Under the pieces are notes generated by a model. It did not search any database, had not been told where the DNA came from, and was given only the letters and a program-made list of their open reading frames with translations. This document shows positions 1-9,370 of a stretch of DNA of 64,000 nucleotides, piece after piece. The position numbers and the translations under genes were made by a program. The first letter of the stretch is position 1; each line of letters opens with the position of its first letter. The stretch lies in contig OZ219801.1 of the NCBI GenBank assembly GCA_964291655.2, forward strand, positions 640,001 to 704,000, written 5' to 3'. This stretch comes from Chloroflexota bacterium (GTDB lineage: Bacteria > Chloroflexota > UBA11872 > VXOZ01).

Positions 1-448
1 CGTAGAGATGCACCGGCAGGATGGCGCGGGTGCGGGGCGTGATCTTGGCCTCGACGTGCTTGGGGTCCAGCGTGTAAGTTGCCGGATCGATGTCGGCAAA
101 GACCGGAATCGCGTTGTGGTGGAGGATGCACGTGGCCGTAGACGACCACGACATGGGCGTGGTGATGACCTCGTCGCCCGGCTGCACACCCGCCGCGGCC
201 ACCGCCATGTGCAACGCCGCCGTGCCGCTGTTCGTCACCAGGCAGTGCCGCGCGCCTACGTACACCGCCCACTCCTCCTGCAACGCCATCGCTTCCGGCG
301 CCGCCGCGCCCCAGAGCACGCCGCGCTCTAGCACACCCATCACTGCGGCTTTGTCCGCCGCTGCCACCTGCGGCCACGGCTGCACGAACCCTTCACTCAC
401 TGCCGGTGCCCCGCCGTGAACCGCGAGTTCTTCCGGTGTCCCTAGCAT
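1..448 (-). CDS. DegT/DnrJ/EryC1/StrS family PLP aminotransferase, N-terminal part (runs off the window edge)
   Basis: Not in the ORF track; manual translation gives MLGTPEELAVHGG...TNSGTAALH...GDEVITTPMSWSST...PVFADIDP...ITPRTRAILPVHLY, with a GGAG SD upstream. Confidence 0.9.
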   Translation of the reverse strand, partial: MLGTPEELAVHGGAPAVSEGFVQPWPQVAAADKAAVMGVLERGVLWGAAAPEAMALQEEWAVYVGARHCLVTNSGTAALHMAVAAAGVQPGDEVITTPMSWSSTATCILHHNAIPVFADIDPATYTLDPKHVEAKITPRTRAILPVHLY

Positions 449-527
449 CGCTGACTCCTAGTTTCCACGCCAACTCTCTCGTTAGGCATCTGGCAATAAC
501 CCTCAGACGAGTTCGCTTGCATGACCA

Positions 528-1205
528 CTACTCTTCGCTGAACACCACGTACCCGAACCGGTTTGGCATGTGGAATTGGATTTCGCCGGTGGGGGACCAG
601 GCGGTGTACTCGTCGGCGTCGTGGGCGCGGTCGATGCGGTAGAAGTTGGCGCGCCAGCGGTCGCCGTGGCGGGGCGGAATGTGGGGCGCGGTCATGCACT
701 GGTCGAAGGGGATGGCTATCTCGGTCGACCAGGCGGTATCGGTGCCGTCGAAGGAGTTCACTTTGCCGTCCACCTGCACCGCCGTCTGCAAGTCCGGGCA
801 ATCCCAGCACAAGAGCTCGTGGCTCTTGCCACCGCGGCGAAAGACGGCGAGGTCGACGATCACGTTGTTCGGGCTGACCTCGAACTCGAGAAACGACCAC
901 TCGTCGCAATCGTCGTCCAGAAAGACTTCCACGACCTCCTCATCCCACAGGGGTTCATCTCGTTCCTTTAGAGTGCCCCAAATGTAGGGGTCCTCTGCCT
1001 CAAAGCCCACGTAAAGGTACGTATCGTCCCAGAGCGCCCGCACCACGGTAGGATAACGCGGCGCGTCACCCGTGACGGTCTCGACAAGCTGCATCTGCTC
1101 GGCCTGCTCCCAGGCCGGTTCGTCGAGCGCGCCGTCTATGGTGATCGGCGAGGTGGCCCGGCGGCAGGTGTATGTAGGAATTGGAGGAAGTATGGGGTTT
1201 GTCAT
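528..1205 (-). CDS. Carbohydrate-binding family 9-like (DOMON/CBM9) protein
   Basis: ITIDGALDEPAW, LWDDTYLYVGF, EVFLD, EFEVSP, W-STEIAIPF, WRANFYR motifs. Confidence 0.85.
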   Translation of the reverse strand: MTNPILPPIPTYTCRRATSPITIDGALDEPAWEQAEQMQLVETVTGDAPRYPTVVRALWDDTYLYVGFEAEDPYIWGTLKERDEPLWDEEVVEVFLDDDCDEWSFLEFEVSPNNVIVDLAVFRRGGKSHELLCWDCPDLQTAVQVDGKVNSFDGTDTAWSTEIAIPFDQCMTAPHIPPRHGDRWRANFYRIDRAHDADEYTAWSPTGEIQFHMPNRFGYVVFSEE

Positions 1206-1351
1206 TGGTCCTAAGTCCTCTTTGTGCTTTGGCAGCCTAGGTCAGACACTATTGCAGACAAGCGCAAATTTTCACCGGGTTACTTTCTTGATGGATGAAA
1301 CTTCTGCATGGCTGTTCCCTGTTAGCGAGGTGCACCGCTATGACGAGGAAT

Positions 1352-1385
1352 CCCCTCACCCTAACCCTCTCCCCCAGGAGAGGGA
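1352..1385. repeat. Palindromic repeat family C (CCCTCACCCTAACCCTCTCCC...GGAGAGGG)
   Basis: Related copies at about 23585, 24980-25150, 50317-50870 and 63385-63560. Confidence 0.75.
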
Positions 1386-1473
1386 ACTGGAGAAAGCGGA
1401 AAGGGTGTCCTGCGCCTTCAATTAGTTTTCTTAGAAACGCCAAGTGCAACTGAAGGGAACGCTGTTTGCCCGG

Positions 1474-3777
1474 TTACGTCACATCTAACCACACCGGGCT
1501 CGACCACGCCATTTCCTCATCCTCTTGCGTCACGCGAATGTAGTAGAAGTCTCCAGTGCTGCCTGCGCTGGCATCTTCCCACACCAGGTCAATGCCATGC
1601 TCAGGATCATCCCACGTGTGGACGTCCTCGTTGTTCTTTACGACGTCTATAGTGCTGAGCAGGACGGTGCCGATGACGTTCACTACCAAGCGGCGGGGTT
1701 CATCTGCAGAAAGAGCAATGTCCGATCCCATCCAATGGCCGTTCACCTTGAACGAGAGCAGTATGCGTTGGCCGGAAGTAGCATAGGTGCGCCGCGCCCG
1801 CCACGCCTCGAAGATTTCCTTGCGCGTGAGGCCCGTGGCCCACACCACCGCCAGACCCGATGGCTTCCATATGGCGTCGGCCACGGACTTGCTGAACTGT
1901 TCGCCGATGCCCGCGTAGCCGGGACGGGCGTCGTGGTTGTCGCTACCGGCGATCACGCCCACGCGCGACCCGGTTGCCAGCACTTCCTGCAATGAGAGGC
2001 CGCCCTGTGCCCGCCACGGCTGGCGCGGGTTGCCGCGAATCTCCGAGTTGCCCCAACCGGAGTACATCTCCAGCAGCCGCTCGTATTTGGGATTGTGCTG
2101 GTGCCAGCGAAGCGCCATCAAAGGATGGTGTCCAAACGCCAGCACGTCCTCGCGGCCTTCCAGGTGGTGCCACATACGTTCAAGATTTGCCGTGGCGACA
2201 TCACTGCCGCGGAGAATCTGATGGTAGTCGTTTTCGCTGTACACGTTCCGGTGACCCAGGCCGTGTCCCTCGCCATCCGCATCCATATACGCCCACTCAA
2301 AGCCGCTGATCGGCACGAACTCTCCCGGCGTGTGGTACCGCTGCACCAGGATCTGATTGGCAGTCCACTGGTTGTCGGTCTCGTACTCGGCGTGCTCGGA
2401 GGCGCACATGAAGTCGAGATTCGCCACGTGGCGGCCGTGCTCGTACTGGGCCTCGATTTCGCCCACTGCATCACCGGAGTAGAGAGAATGCGAATGTATG
2501 TCGCCAAAGTACACCTGGTGTGCCGGCATTTCAGAAGCGCTTACAACCGGGTTCGACGTTCCGACCAAACCGTCATCAGTCTCGGCCGTGATGACATACG
2601 TGCCCTCGCCCTTCGGCACCCACGTCACGCGGCAGTGGCCGCCGTCGCCTTCAGCAAAGTGAATTTGACGAGGAAGGTCTACATCATCCCGGTCGCACGC
2701 AAAGCACACGCGCCCGGCGTACGCCGGCTGGGCGAGCGCCTGATACCGGTCCACCACTGCTACGTTCAGATCATGGGGGACACCGATTTGGGCATCGGCC
2801 TTGGCCGTGACAACGAGCTTTGCAGGCTCATCGGTAACCACCGTAAAGGAGTGGGCATGTTCGCGTTCAAGGGGCAAAAACGTCTCAGTGGCACGGGAGT
2901 CCACCCAGACCGTGAGCACGGGCATGCGGTGCCACCACGCGCGCTTGTAGTTGTGCGTATACGTCCAAGCGACGACGTTGGCCTGCGCGCCGGGACCGCC
3001 GCCGCTGCGATCGCCGAAAACCAACGTGATGGTATCACCAGGCCGCAGCGGCGCCTCAGAAACGGTCACGCGAATGCCGTACTCCCGGTCGTGCAGACCG
3101 GTTACCGGTTCGACGATTTCAGTTATGTCAACGCGACCGCTGCCTTCATGGGCAACCGTTACATAGCCCGGTTCGGTTGGATTTTCGGTCTGTGGGGTAT
3201 GGGTTTCACGCCACAGCGACCCTTCCACGAACGCCATTATGCCGCCGCCGACGGCAATGCCTTCTTTGCCCACGGTGTACGTCATGCGAAACTCGTGGCG
3301 CGAGCACGAGACCACCCGATTTGGCGTCAGTTCGCTGTAACCACTTGGGTCGCTAAACAGCGCGTGCAGGTCGGACTCGGTGCGCACCGACGGCGGTACC
3401 TCCAATGCGAGGTCATCACTGAGAATGACGCCGTCAAATCCCCGCAGCGTCGCTTCCGGCGTGGAGACGCGCATCTGCTGGAAATTCGGCCGCACGGTGA
3501 CCGTCGCCACCCGCGTCCACACGGTTTCAGGTCGCACCTGGGGATCCAAGCGCACGCGCCCACTGGCACCGTCGAGCTCAACTTCAACGTAGCGTTCTTC
3601 AGACGAGTGCGGCGAGACGCCGAGCCAAAGACCGTACGGGCGATCCGTGGGCCAGCCGCGCGCCTGAAGCGTGAGATCGGCAACCGAGCGCTGGTAATGT
3701 TGTCCCCGGAAGGCGACCTTCTGCTCACTGTAGGCGAACTCAGACGGCTCGAACAACAGATAACGGCGGTCGTTCAT
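1474..3777 (-). CDS. PHP-fold metallohydrolase (CehA/McbA, DUF3604-like) with long N-terminal beta-rich region
   Basis: GDIHSHS..SGD, SEH, GFEW, HRNV, HHP, GSDNH metal motifs; C-terminal YYIRVTQ..EMAWSSPVW. Confidence 0.8.
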   Translation of the reverse strand: MNDRRYLLFEPSEFAYSEQKVAFRGQHYQRSVADLTLQARGWPTDRPYGLWLGVSPHSSEERYVEVELDGASGRVRLDPQVRPETVWTRVATVTVRPNFQQMRVSTPEATLRGFDGVILSDDLALEVPPSVRTESDLHALFSDPSGYSELTPNRVVSCSRHEFRMTYTVGKEGIAVGGGIMAFVEGSLWRETHTPQTENPTEPGYVTVAHEGSGRVDITEIVEPVTGLHDREYGIRVTVSEAPLRPGDTITLVFGDRSGGGPGAQANVVAWTYTHNYKRAWWHRMPVLTVWVDSRATETFLPLEREHAHSFTVVTDEPAKLVVTAKADAQIGVPHDLNVAVVDRYQALAQPAYAGRVCFACDRDDVDLPRQIHFAEGDGGHCRVTWVPKGEGTYVITAETDDGLVGTSNPVVSASEMPAHQVYFGDIHSHSLYSGDAVGEIEAQYEHGRHVANLDFMCASEHAEYETDNQWTANQILVQRYHTPGEFVPISGFEWAYMDADGEGHGLGHRNVYSENDYHQILRGSDVATANLERMWHHLEGREDVLAFGHHPLMALRWHQHNPKYERLLEMYSGWGNSEIRGNPRQPWRAQGGLSLQEVLATGSRVGVIAGSDNHDARPGYAGIGEQFSKSVADAIWKPSGLAVVWATGLTRKEIFEAWRARRTYATSGQRILLSFKVNGHWMGSDIALSADEPRRLVVNVIGTVLLSTIDVVKNNEDVHTWDDPEHGIDLVWEDASAGSTGDFYYIRVTQEDEEMAWSSPVWLDVT

Positions 3778-3870
3778 GTCATTCTCCTTTGGAGCGAATC
3801 GAGAACGCCGAACCTACACTACAGGCAGATCCGGCGTGCCGATAGTACGCAAGGTGGCGGAAAGTTTCCG

Positions 3871-4803
3871 TTAGTGCTTTTGCGTGGCCTCTACCGTCGC
3901 AGCACAGTCACTAAGAGTCTCACTTGTCAAGCGCGACCACGTGTCGAGTTCGTGCAGCGACTGTTCGTCAATTGGCGTGACCGGCTGGCGCACAGTGGGA
4001 TGGTCAATGGCTCCCGCGCGGACGAGAAGGTGCTTGGCGGATTGAATGAACGACTGCAGATTGCCTCCCTTCGCCACGAGCACCGGCAGCATGGCGGCAT
4101 AGATGGCGCGAGCAGTCTCAATGTCGCCGTCCACGTAGCGATCGTATACTTGTCTCATCGGTCCAATGGCATCGGTGCCGGGCATGCAGCCAACGGCGCC
4201 GCGCTCCAGCGCCTCGATGAAACCGATGCCGCCCCAGCCCACGAGCATTTTGAGCTGAGCGCCGCATTGCTCTTTGAGCGCTTCCATCAGCGGCCAGGAG
4301 GGCTGCGCCTCCAGCTTGACGTATTGGATGTTCGGGCACTGCTCCGCCATCTGCGCGATCACGCCGGCCGATAGGCCGTAGCCCACCACCTGCGGGCAGT
4401 CCTGCACCATGATGGGCACGTCGACGGCCTCGGCAACAGCGGCATAGAATTGCTGAACACCAGACATGTCTACGGGGCCGGGCGGCGGCAATACCATTAG
4501 TCCGGCCACGTCCGCTTCCACAAGCCACCGCGCCATGCGCCCGGCTTCAACCGTGGACGCCGCTTGCAGGCCGGATAGCACTGGCACCCGGCCGTCCACT
4601 TGCGCCACGACGGTCTGCACGATGCGTTGCTTCTCTTCCTCGCTCAGACGATTGGTCTCGCTGGCAAGGCCCAAGCACACGATGGAGTGCGTTCCTTCTG
4701 CTATCACATAGTAGGCCAGGCGCCGCAAACTGTCGTAGTCCACGGACTCATCCGGATAGAACGGCGTGCAAAGGACCGCCAGCACACCATGAAAGTTGCT
4801 CAT
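3871..4803 (-). CDS. DHDPS/NAL family lyase, resembling 2-keto-3-deoxy-arabinonate dehydratase
   Basis: TPF..D.SVDY, GLASE, MVQDCP, YVKLE; start moved to ATG 4803 (SD GGGAAGG). Confidence 0.8.
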   Translation of the reverse strand: MSNFHGVLAVLCTPFYPDESVDYDSLRRLAYYVIAEGTHSIVCLGLASETNRLSEEEKQRIVQTVVAQVDGRVPVLSGLQAASTVEAGRMARWLVEADVAGLMVLPPPGPVDMSGVQQFYAAVAEAVDVPIMVQDCPQVVGYGLSAGVIAQMAEQCPNIQYVKLEAQPSWPLMEALKEQCGAQLKMLVGWGGIGFIEALERGAVGCMPGTDAIGPMRQVYDRYVDGDIETARAIYAAMLPVLVAKGGNLQSFIQSAKHLLVRAGAIDHPTVRQPVTPIDEQSLHELDTWSRLTSETLSDCAATVEATQKH

Positions 4804-4909
4804 GCCTTCCCTTTCACTAAGAATTCTTGCCAGTCTTCGTGACATAGATGACGGAGAAGCCCGATATTTGTTGCCTTAGACTCGATAACTATGCAGGACT
4901 GTGTTTCAT

Positions 4910-5008
4910 GGCATTCCGAGCGCAGCGAGGAATCTAGAAATACCCGCACTCTAGATTCTTCGTCGCGGAGTTTATCCTGAGCCTGCCGAAGGGCTCCTCA
5001 GAATGACA
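4910..5008. repeat. Composite palindromic repeat (CATTCCGAGCGCAGCGAGGAATCT...AGATTCTTCG...CAGAATGAC) with an internal CCTGAGCCTGCCGAAGGG motif
   Basis: Self-complementary ends; related half copy at about 28691-28717. Confidence 0.7.
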
Positions 5009-5184
5009 GATTGGGAACCGCTTTGGGCGCGAGTGCATCCGACGCTTCACACATCTGCACGATGTGAGTCCAATCCTACTAATTCCGCCGAAGCCTACCA
5101 TCGTCTTGCTTGGCACTCTTGCATACCCACGCCGGCGGGGATCTGTCGACCTAACTGCCAAAATGCACGCTGCGGAGGAGTGCC

Positions 5185-6471
5185 TTACTTCTGCGCAGGC
5201 GCTTCAAAAGGTACCACTTCTACTTCCTCAATCCCCTCGTCTGCCGTAAAGCGCCAGACGCCAATGTGACCCCGCCGCAAATCTCCGTTTTCGTCCCAGT
5301 CCAACGTCGTTGCCGCACCCTCGTAGTTGATTTCTCCACCTTCCGCCAACTCCTGCAGTCCTGCGGCAATACTCTCCACTCCGGCAGTCACAACCACACC
5401 GGGCCCGCTGCCGACGGCGCGCAACTGGTCACGAATGGCGGCGCCATCCACGCTGCCGGCGGCCTGGGCCGCGAACGCCAGGGCAATCGTGGCGTCGTAC
5501 GTCTCCTTTACGTAACCGTATTCCGGCACCGCCCCATACTCTGCGGCATATGCTTCCTCCCACGCAGCCTTGGAGACGCTCTTAGGGTCGGATGCGCCTG
5601 CCGTACCGTACATGCCGCCGAGGTGCTCGCCGCCAATCTCCTGCACCAATCTGGGGCTCTTCAGGGAGTCGCCGAACGTGAACTGGTTGTAGAGGTCATG
5701 GGCGATTGCCTCCCGGACGATGACTATGCCCTCATCTCCAAAGGTGATGACGACGAGCGCCTGCGCGCCCGCGCTGGCGGTTTGACGCAGCGCGGGGAGG
5801 AAAGAAGCCTGGTTGGGGTCAATCGCAACTACCGTGGCCTCGCCCTCCCAGGCAGCGGCAAAAGCGGCCGCTAGTCCCTGCCCCCAGGCGTCATCACGGT
5901 AGATGACGCCAACGTTGGTGAAGCCGCGTTCCCGCGTGACCCGCGCCAGCACGGGGCCTTGGGCCGTATCGGAAAGAGACACTCGGAAGAGAAAATCCTC
6001 GTCCACCACTGCTGTCAGGAGAGGAGAGGTGGCAGAGGGGCTGATGAACGGAATGCCCGCCGGACCGGCAACGTTTTCTGCCACCGGAAGCGTGTTCGCG
6101 CTGGTGCCGGGACCGACAATCGCGTGGACGCCCTCAACCTCCACTAAGCGCCGCGCCTCCTTGACCGCAACCTCCGGATCAAGAGTGGAATCCGCCATCA
6201 CCACCTCCACCGGGCGCCCAAATACCCCGCCGGCGGCGTTGATGTGCTTAATGGCTAATTCGAAGGACCGTCGCCGAACAAGGTCCCGGTCGGGCACTCC
6301 TTCATCGAAGCTCAGCAGCAATCCGATCTTCAAGGGAGTAACGGTCTGCGCATCTGGCGCAAATGGCGTCTGGGTGCGAAGTTCCACCCTGCCGCAACCT
6401 GCGGCCCCGAAAAGTAACAGCAAGCAGAACACTGTGACTAACGCACGAGCACATCGCCTCAGGAGTAACAC
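5185..6471 (-). CDS. Branched-chain amino acid type ABC substrate-binding lipoprotein
   Basis: LKIGLL, ELAIKHINAAGG, ISPSATSP, FLFRV, YDAT; lipobox-like AAGC; start set at GTG 6471 (SD GAGAGGA), downstream of a REP element. Confidence 0.88.
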   Translation of the reverse strand: MLLLRRCARALVTVFCLLLLFGAAGCGRVELRTQTPFAPDAQTVTPLKIGLLLSFDEGVPDRDLVRRRSFELAIKHINAAGGVFGRPVEVVMADSTLDPEVAVKEARRLVEVEGVHAIVGPGTSANTLPVAENVAGPAGIPFISPSATSPLLTAVVDEDFLFRVSLSDTAQGPVLARVTRERGFTNVGVIYRDDAWGQGLAAAFAAAWEGEATVVAIDPNQASFLPALRQTASAGAQALVVITFGDEGIVIVREAIAHDLYNQFTFGDSLKSPRLVQEIGGEHLGGMYGTAGASDPKSVSKAAWEEAYAAEYGAVPEYGYVKETYDATIALAFAAQAAGSVDGAAIRDQLRAVGSGPGVVVTAGVESIAAGLQELAEGGEINYEGAATTLDWDENGDLRRGHIGVWRFTADEGIEEVEVVPFEAPAQK

Positions 6472-6533
6472 CGTTGTTCCTCTCAGTTGACTATTGCAGC
6501 GGTCAACACTGACCTCCGCTCTATCTTTAATCC

Positions 6534-6557
6534 TAGCGCGGGGGCTTGTCCCCCGCC
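6534..6557 (+). repeat. REP-like palindrome (TAGCGCGGGGGCTTGTCCCCCGC), family D
   Basis: Identical 20-nt core in the copies at about 16236, 16392 and 20895. Confidence 0.8.
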
Positions 6558-6698
6558 TCTTGGCCGGCAAAGTCACATACATGTGACGGCAACCTACTCC
6601 GGCCCTCCACGGCTTTCCTTACAAGATTGACCCTGATGGGCAGGCTGCTGCACTCGAGCGTGCCTGCAATTTCAAGTATCAAGGAAACCTCGATTGCT

Positions 6699-7649
6699 CT
6701 ATGCATTTTCGCCAGCGGATTCTGCCGTTAACGCCTCACTCACCTCCCACAGCCGCCGCGCCGCCCCATCGTCGTGCGAAATCGGTGACGACTCCACCGC
6801 TTCGCGCCGCTCGAAATAGCGTCCGCTTACATCTGCAACATCAGGAGAAGCAGCCAAATAGACTGCCGTGTCCGCTCCCTGTGCGGGAGTGAGCAGTAAG
6901 GGACGCGCCAGCTTGACCGCAAAACCGAGCAACGGCGGCAAGTGGCGGAAGAGAGCGGTCGAAACTACACCGGGATGGAGGCAATTTGCCGTGACGCCAG
7001 TACCCTCGAGACAGCGCGCCAACTCATGTGTGAAATACACATTGGCGAGCTTCGACTGGCTGTACACGTCAAAAGGCACGTAGCGCTGCTCGTTCTGCAG
7101 ATCGTCGAAGTTGAGCGAGACCCGCCGGTGCGCCCCGGAACTGACAGTTACAACCCGCGCCGGCGCGCTGGCCTTGAGGTGGTCGAGCAGAAGGTTGGTG
7201 AGCAAGAACGGCGCGAGGTGGTTGACCGCGAAGACGAGCTCCAGTCCGTTCTCGGCTGTCTCACGCCGCTCCCAAGGTGTTACACCCGCGTTGTTGACCA
7301 GCACGTCGAGCCGGTCGCACTTCTCCTGAATGGCCGCGGCCGCCTCGCGCACCTCGTGTTGCGAACTGAAATCGGCCACAACCAGCGAAACGGCATCGTT
7401 GCCCGTTTGCGCCTTTATGTCTTCCACCGCGGCAGTCCCGCGCGCCTCGCTCCGGCACACCAGCACCACCGTTGCCCCCATGCGCGCCAAAGCGAGGGCA
7501 GTCTCCTTACCAATGCCGGAGTTTGCGCCGGTGATCGCGCAGACTTTGCCCCGCATATCGACTGCGATGGGTGCAAGCTCAGTTCTGCGCGTGCGGCCAA
7601 TGGCTCTGAGGCCCACGCCTAGGTTGGATACTGCAGCCCGTACTTTCAT
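6699..7649 (-). CDS. Short-chain dehydrogenase/reductase (retinol dehydrogenase-like)
   Basis: TGANSGIG, NNAG, NHLAPF, YSQSK, LHPG; start uncertain. Confidence 0.9.
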   Translation of the reverse strand: MKVRAAVSNLGVGLRAIGRTRRTELAPIAVDMRGKVCAITGANSGIGKETALALARMGATVVLVCRSEARGTAAVEDIKAQTGNDAVSLVVADFSSQHEVREAAAAIQEKCDRLDVLVNNAGVTPWERRETAENGLELVFAVNHLAPFLLTNLLLDHLKASAPARVVTVSSGAHRRVSLNFDDLQNEQRYVPFDVYSQSKLANVYFTHELARCLEGTGVTANCLHPGVVSTALFRHLPPLLGFAVKLARPLLLTPAQGADTAVYLAASPDVADVSGRYFERREAVESSPISHDDGAARRLWEVSEALTAESAGENA

Positions 7650-7777
7650 TAGCATTAGTGAACTCTCAAACAATCGCGCACATTCAATTGGCGACGGAAA
7701 CAATCCGGCGTGTTGAATTGGCAGCTACTGGGACTCGAATGCTGTTTTCTGTCTTATAGAGTGAGGATCGCATAGTC

Positions 7778-7870
7778 CGTCATTCCAGCGAAGAGCCTGC
7801 CCCGTGCTTGATATGGGGCCGGAATCCCACTCCTCGGATTCTCTGGACTCCGGCTTTGGCCGGAGTAACG
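7778..7870. repeat. Palindromic repeat family A (GTCATTCC..GCCGGAATCC / GGACTCCGGC..GCCGGAGTAAC)
   Basis: Related copies at about 10716-10785, 20411-20438, 25016-25041 and 28468-28540. Confidence 0.75.
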
Positions 7871-7876
7871 TGGCGC

Positions 7877-9358
7877 CTAATGCCTTACGTCTATCTGCCA
7901 GTATTCAGTATGCGCGCCGGGTTGGTTCTGGTTGCGCATGTCGGCATCGGGCACGTGCACCGCATCCCGCACCGGCAGGTCGTTGTCCTCCAGATACTTC
8001 CCGCCGCGGGCCCGTTGCCGGCGTATAAGCTCATCCCGCAGCTCTTCTCTCTTGGCGGCGGCGCTGCGCTCGTAGGCAAGGTTCCGCGCTTCTTGCGGAT
8101 CCGCCTCCAATTCGAAGAGCAACTCAGCGGGACCCTCGGGATAATACATATACTTCCAGCGGCCGTCCGTAAGCGCCAGATAGACACAGTCCAGGCGCAG
8201 GTCCTTGCCGGTGGGCCCCGGGCCGTTCATTCCTTCCAGGTACTTTCGCGGCGACTCATGCTCGCCCCGCGCCACGGCGACGAGATCTTGGCCGTCGGTG
8301 TCAGCCGGTGGTTCGCCTCCCGCCGCTTTTAACAGCGTGGGCAGTATGTCGGCATGGGTGACCGGAGACGACACCTGCGTACCGTGGCAACGGTTGTCCC
8401 AGCTACTTGGCAGGCGCATAGCAAAAGGCACGTGCGCCGACGGCTCGTGAAAGTGGCTCTTGGCGCCCGCGCGGTGGTCGCCCAGAAACTCGCCATGATC
8501 GGAAGTATAGACGATGAGTGTCTCGTGATAGAGCGCCAGGTCTTCCAAGGCGCTGTAGACGCGCGCCATGTTGTAGTCAATCTGGGTAATCAAACCGTAG
8601 TACGCTGAGCGCGCCTCACGAATAACCTCCGGCGATAGCAGGTCGTACGTGCGGCGCTTCTGCTGCTTGGCAAAAGCCTGCGGGCACTCCTCTGTTTCCC
8701 GCCAGTCACCGATGACCGGATCGGGGATAGCCTCCTGGCGGTACATCGAGTAGTAGGGTTCAGGTGGATCAAACGGCGGATGCGGTTTGGTAAAAGAACA
8801 CCAGAGAAAGAATGGCACCGACGGATCGCGGCGAAAGTGTATGTAATTCATACATTGCTCGGCAATCCACGAGGTCAAGGTGAGCGCTTCCGGCACCGTG
8901 GCCATACCCGGGTAAAGCTCGTTCTGGCCGAGGCCGTGCCGCATGGGCTGGAAGTCATTGCCCGAATGGCGCATCTCGCGGTAGTAGTCGTCGGGCAGGA
9001 TCATCTCATCGAAACCGTGCCGCGCGCGTTCCGGTCCGAAGTGCATCTTGCCGATGGCGATCGTCTGATAGCCTAGTTCGCGCAGATACCACGGCAGCGT
9101 GCCTTCTCGACCCAGTATCTTCGAGGTGATGCCGTTGCCGCTCATGCCATGGGTAAACACCTGCTTGCCGGTCATGATGCCCATGCGCGAGGGCACGCAG
9201 ACCGGATCATCCGAATAGCCCCTGGTGAACGTAATACCTTCGTGGCGCAAGCGGTCGAAGTGCGGCGTGCGGAGAAAGGACGGACCCGCACCGCCGGAGG
9301 CGTCATAGCGCTGCTGGTCGGTGGTGATGAGGAGGATGTTTGGTTGTTCTGCAGCCAC
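7877..9358 (-). CDS. Cys-type formylglycine-dependent sulfatase
   Basis: PNILLITTDQQR, CVPSR (CxPxR), GKMH, KPHPP, TSDHG. Confidence 0.93.
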   Translation of the reverse strand: MAAEQPNILLITTDQQRYDASGGAGPSFLRTPHFDRLRHEGITFTRGYSDDPVCVPSRMGIMTGKQVFTHGMSGNGITSKILGREGTLPWYLRELGYQTIAIGKMHFGPERARHGFDEMILPDDYYREMRHSGNDFQPMRHGLGQNELYPGMATVPEALTLTSWIAEQCMNYIHFRRDPSVPFFLWCSFTKPHPPFDPPEPYYSMYRQEAIPDPVIGDWRETEECPQAFAKQQKRRTYDLLSPEVIREARSAYYGLITQIDYNMARVYSALEDLALYHETLIVYTSDHGEFLGDHRAGAKSHFHEPSAHVPFAMRLPSSWDNRCHGTQVSSPVTHADILPTLLKAAGGEPPADTDGQDLVAVARGEHESPRKYLEGMNGPGPTGKDLRLDCVYLALTDGRWKYMYYPEGPAELLFELEADPQEARNLAYERSAAAKREELRDELIRRQRARGGKYLEDNDLPVRDAVHVPDADMRNQNQPGAHTEYWQIDVRH

Positions 9359-9370
9359 GGCTTATCCCCT

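Noticed and set aside
2095-4374. 759-aa plus-strand ORF
   Set aside because: Antisense shadow of two well-supported minus-strand genes; no motifs; typical of high-GC codon bias
6472-6582. N-terminal extension of the SBP given in the ORF track
   Set aside because: It passes through a REP element; a downstream GTG has a better SD and gives a proper lipoprotein signal
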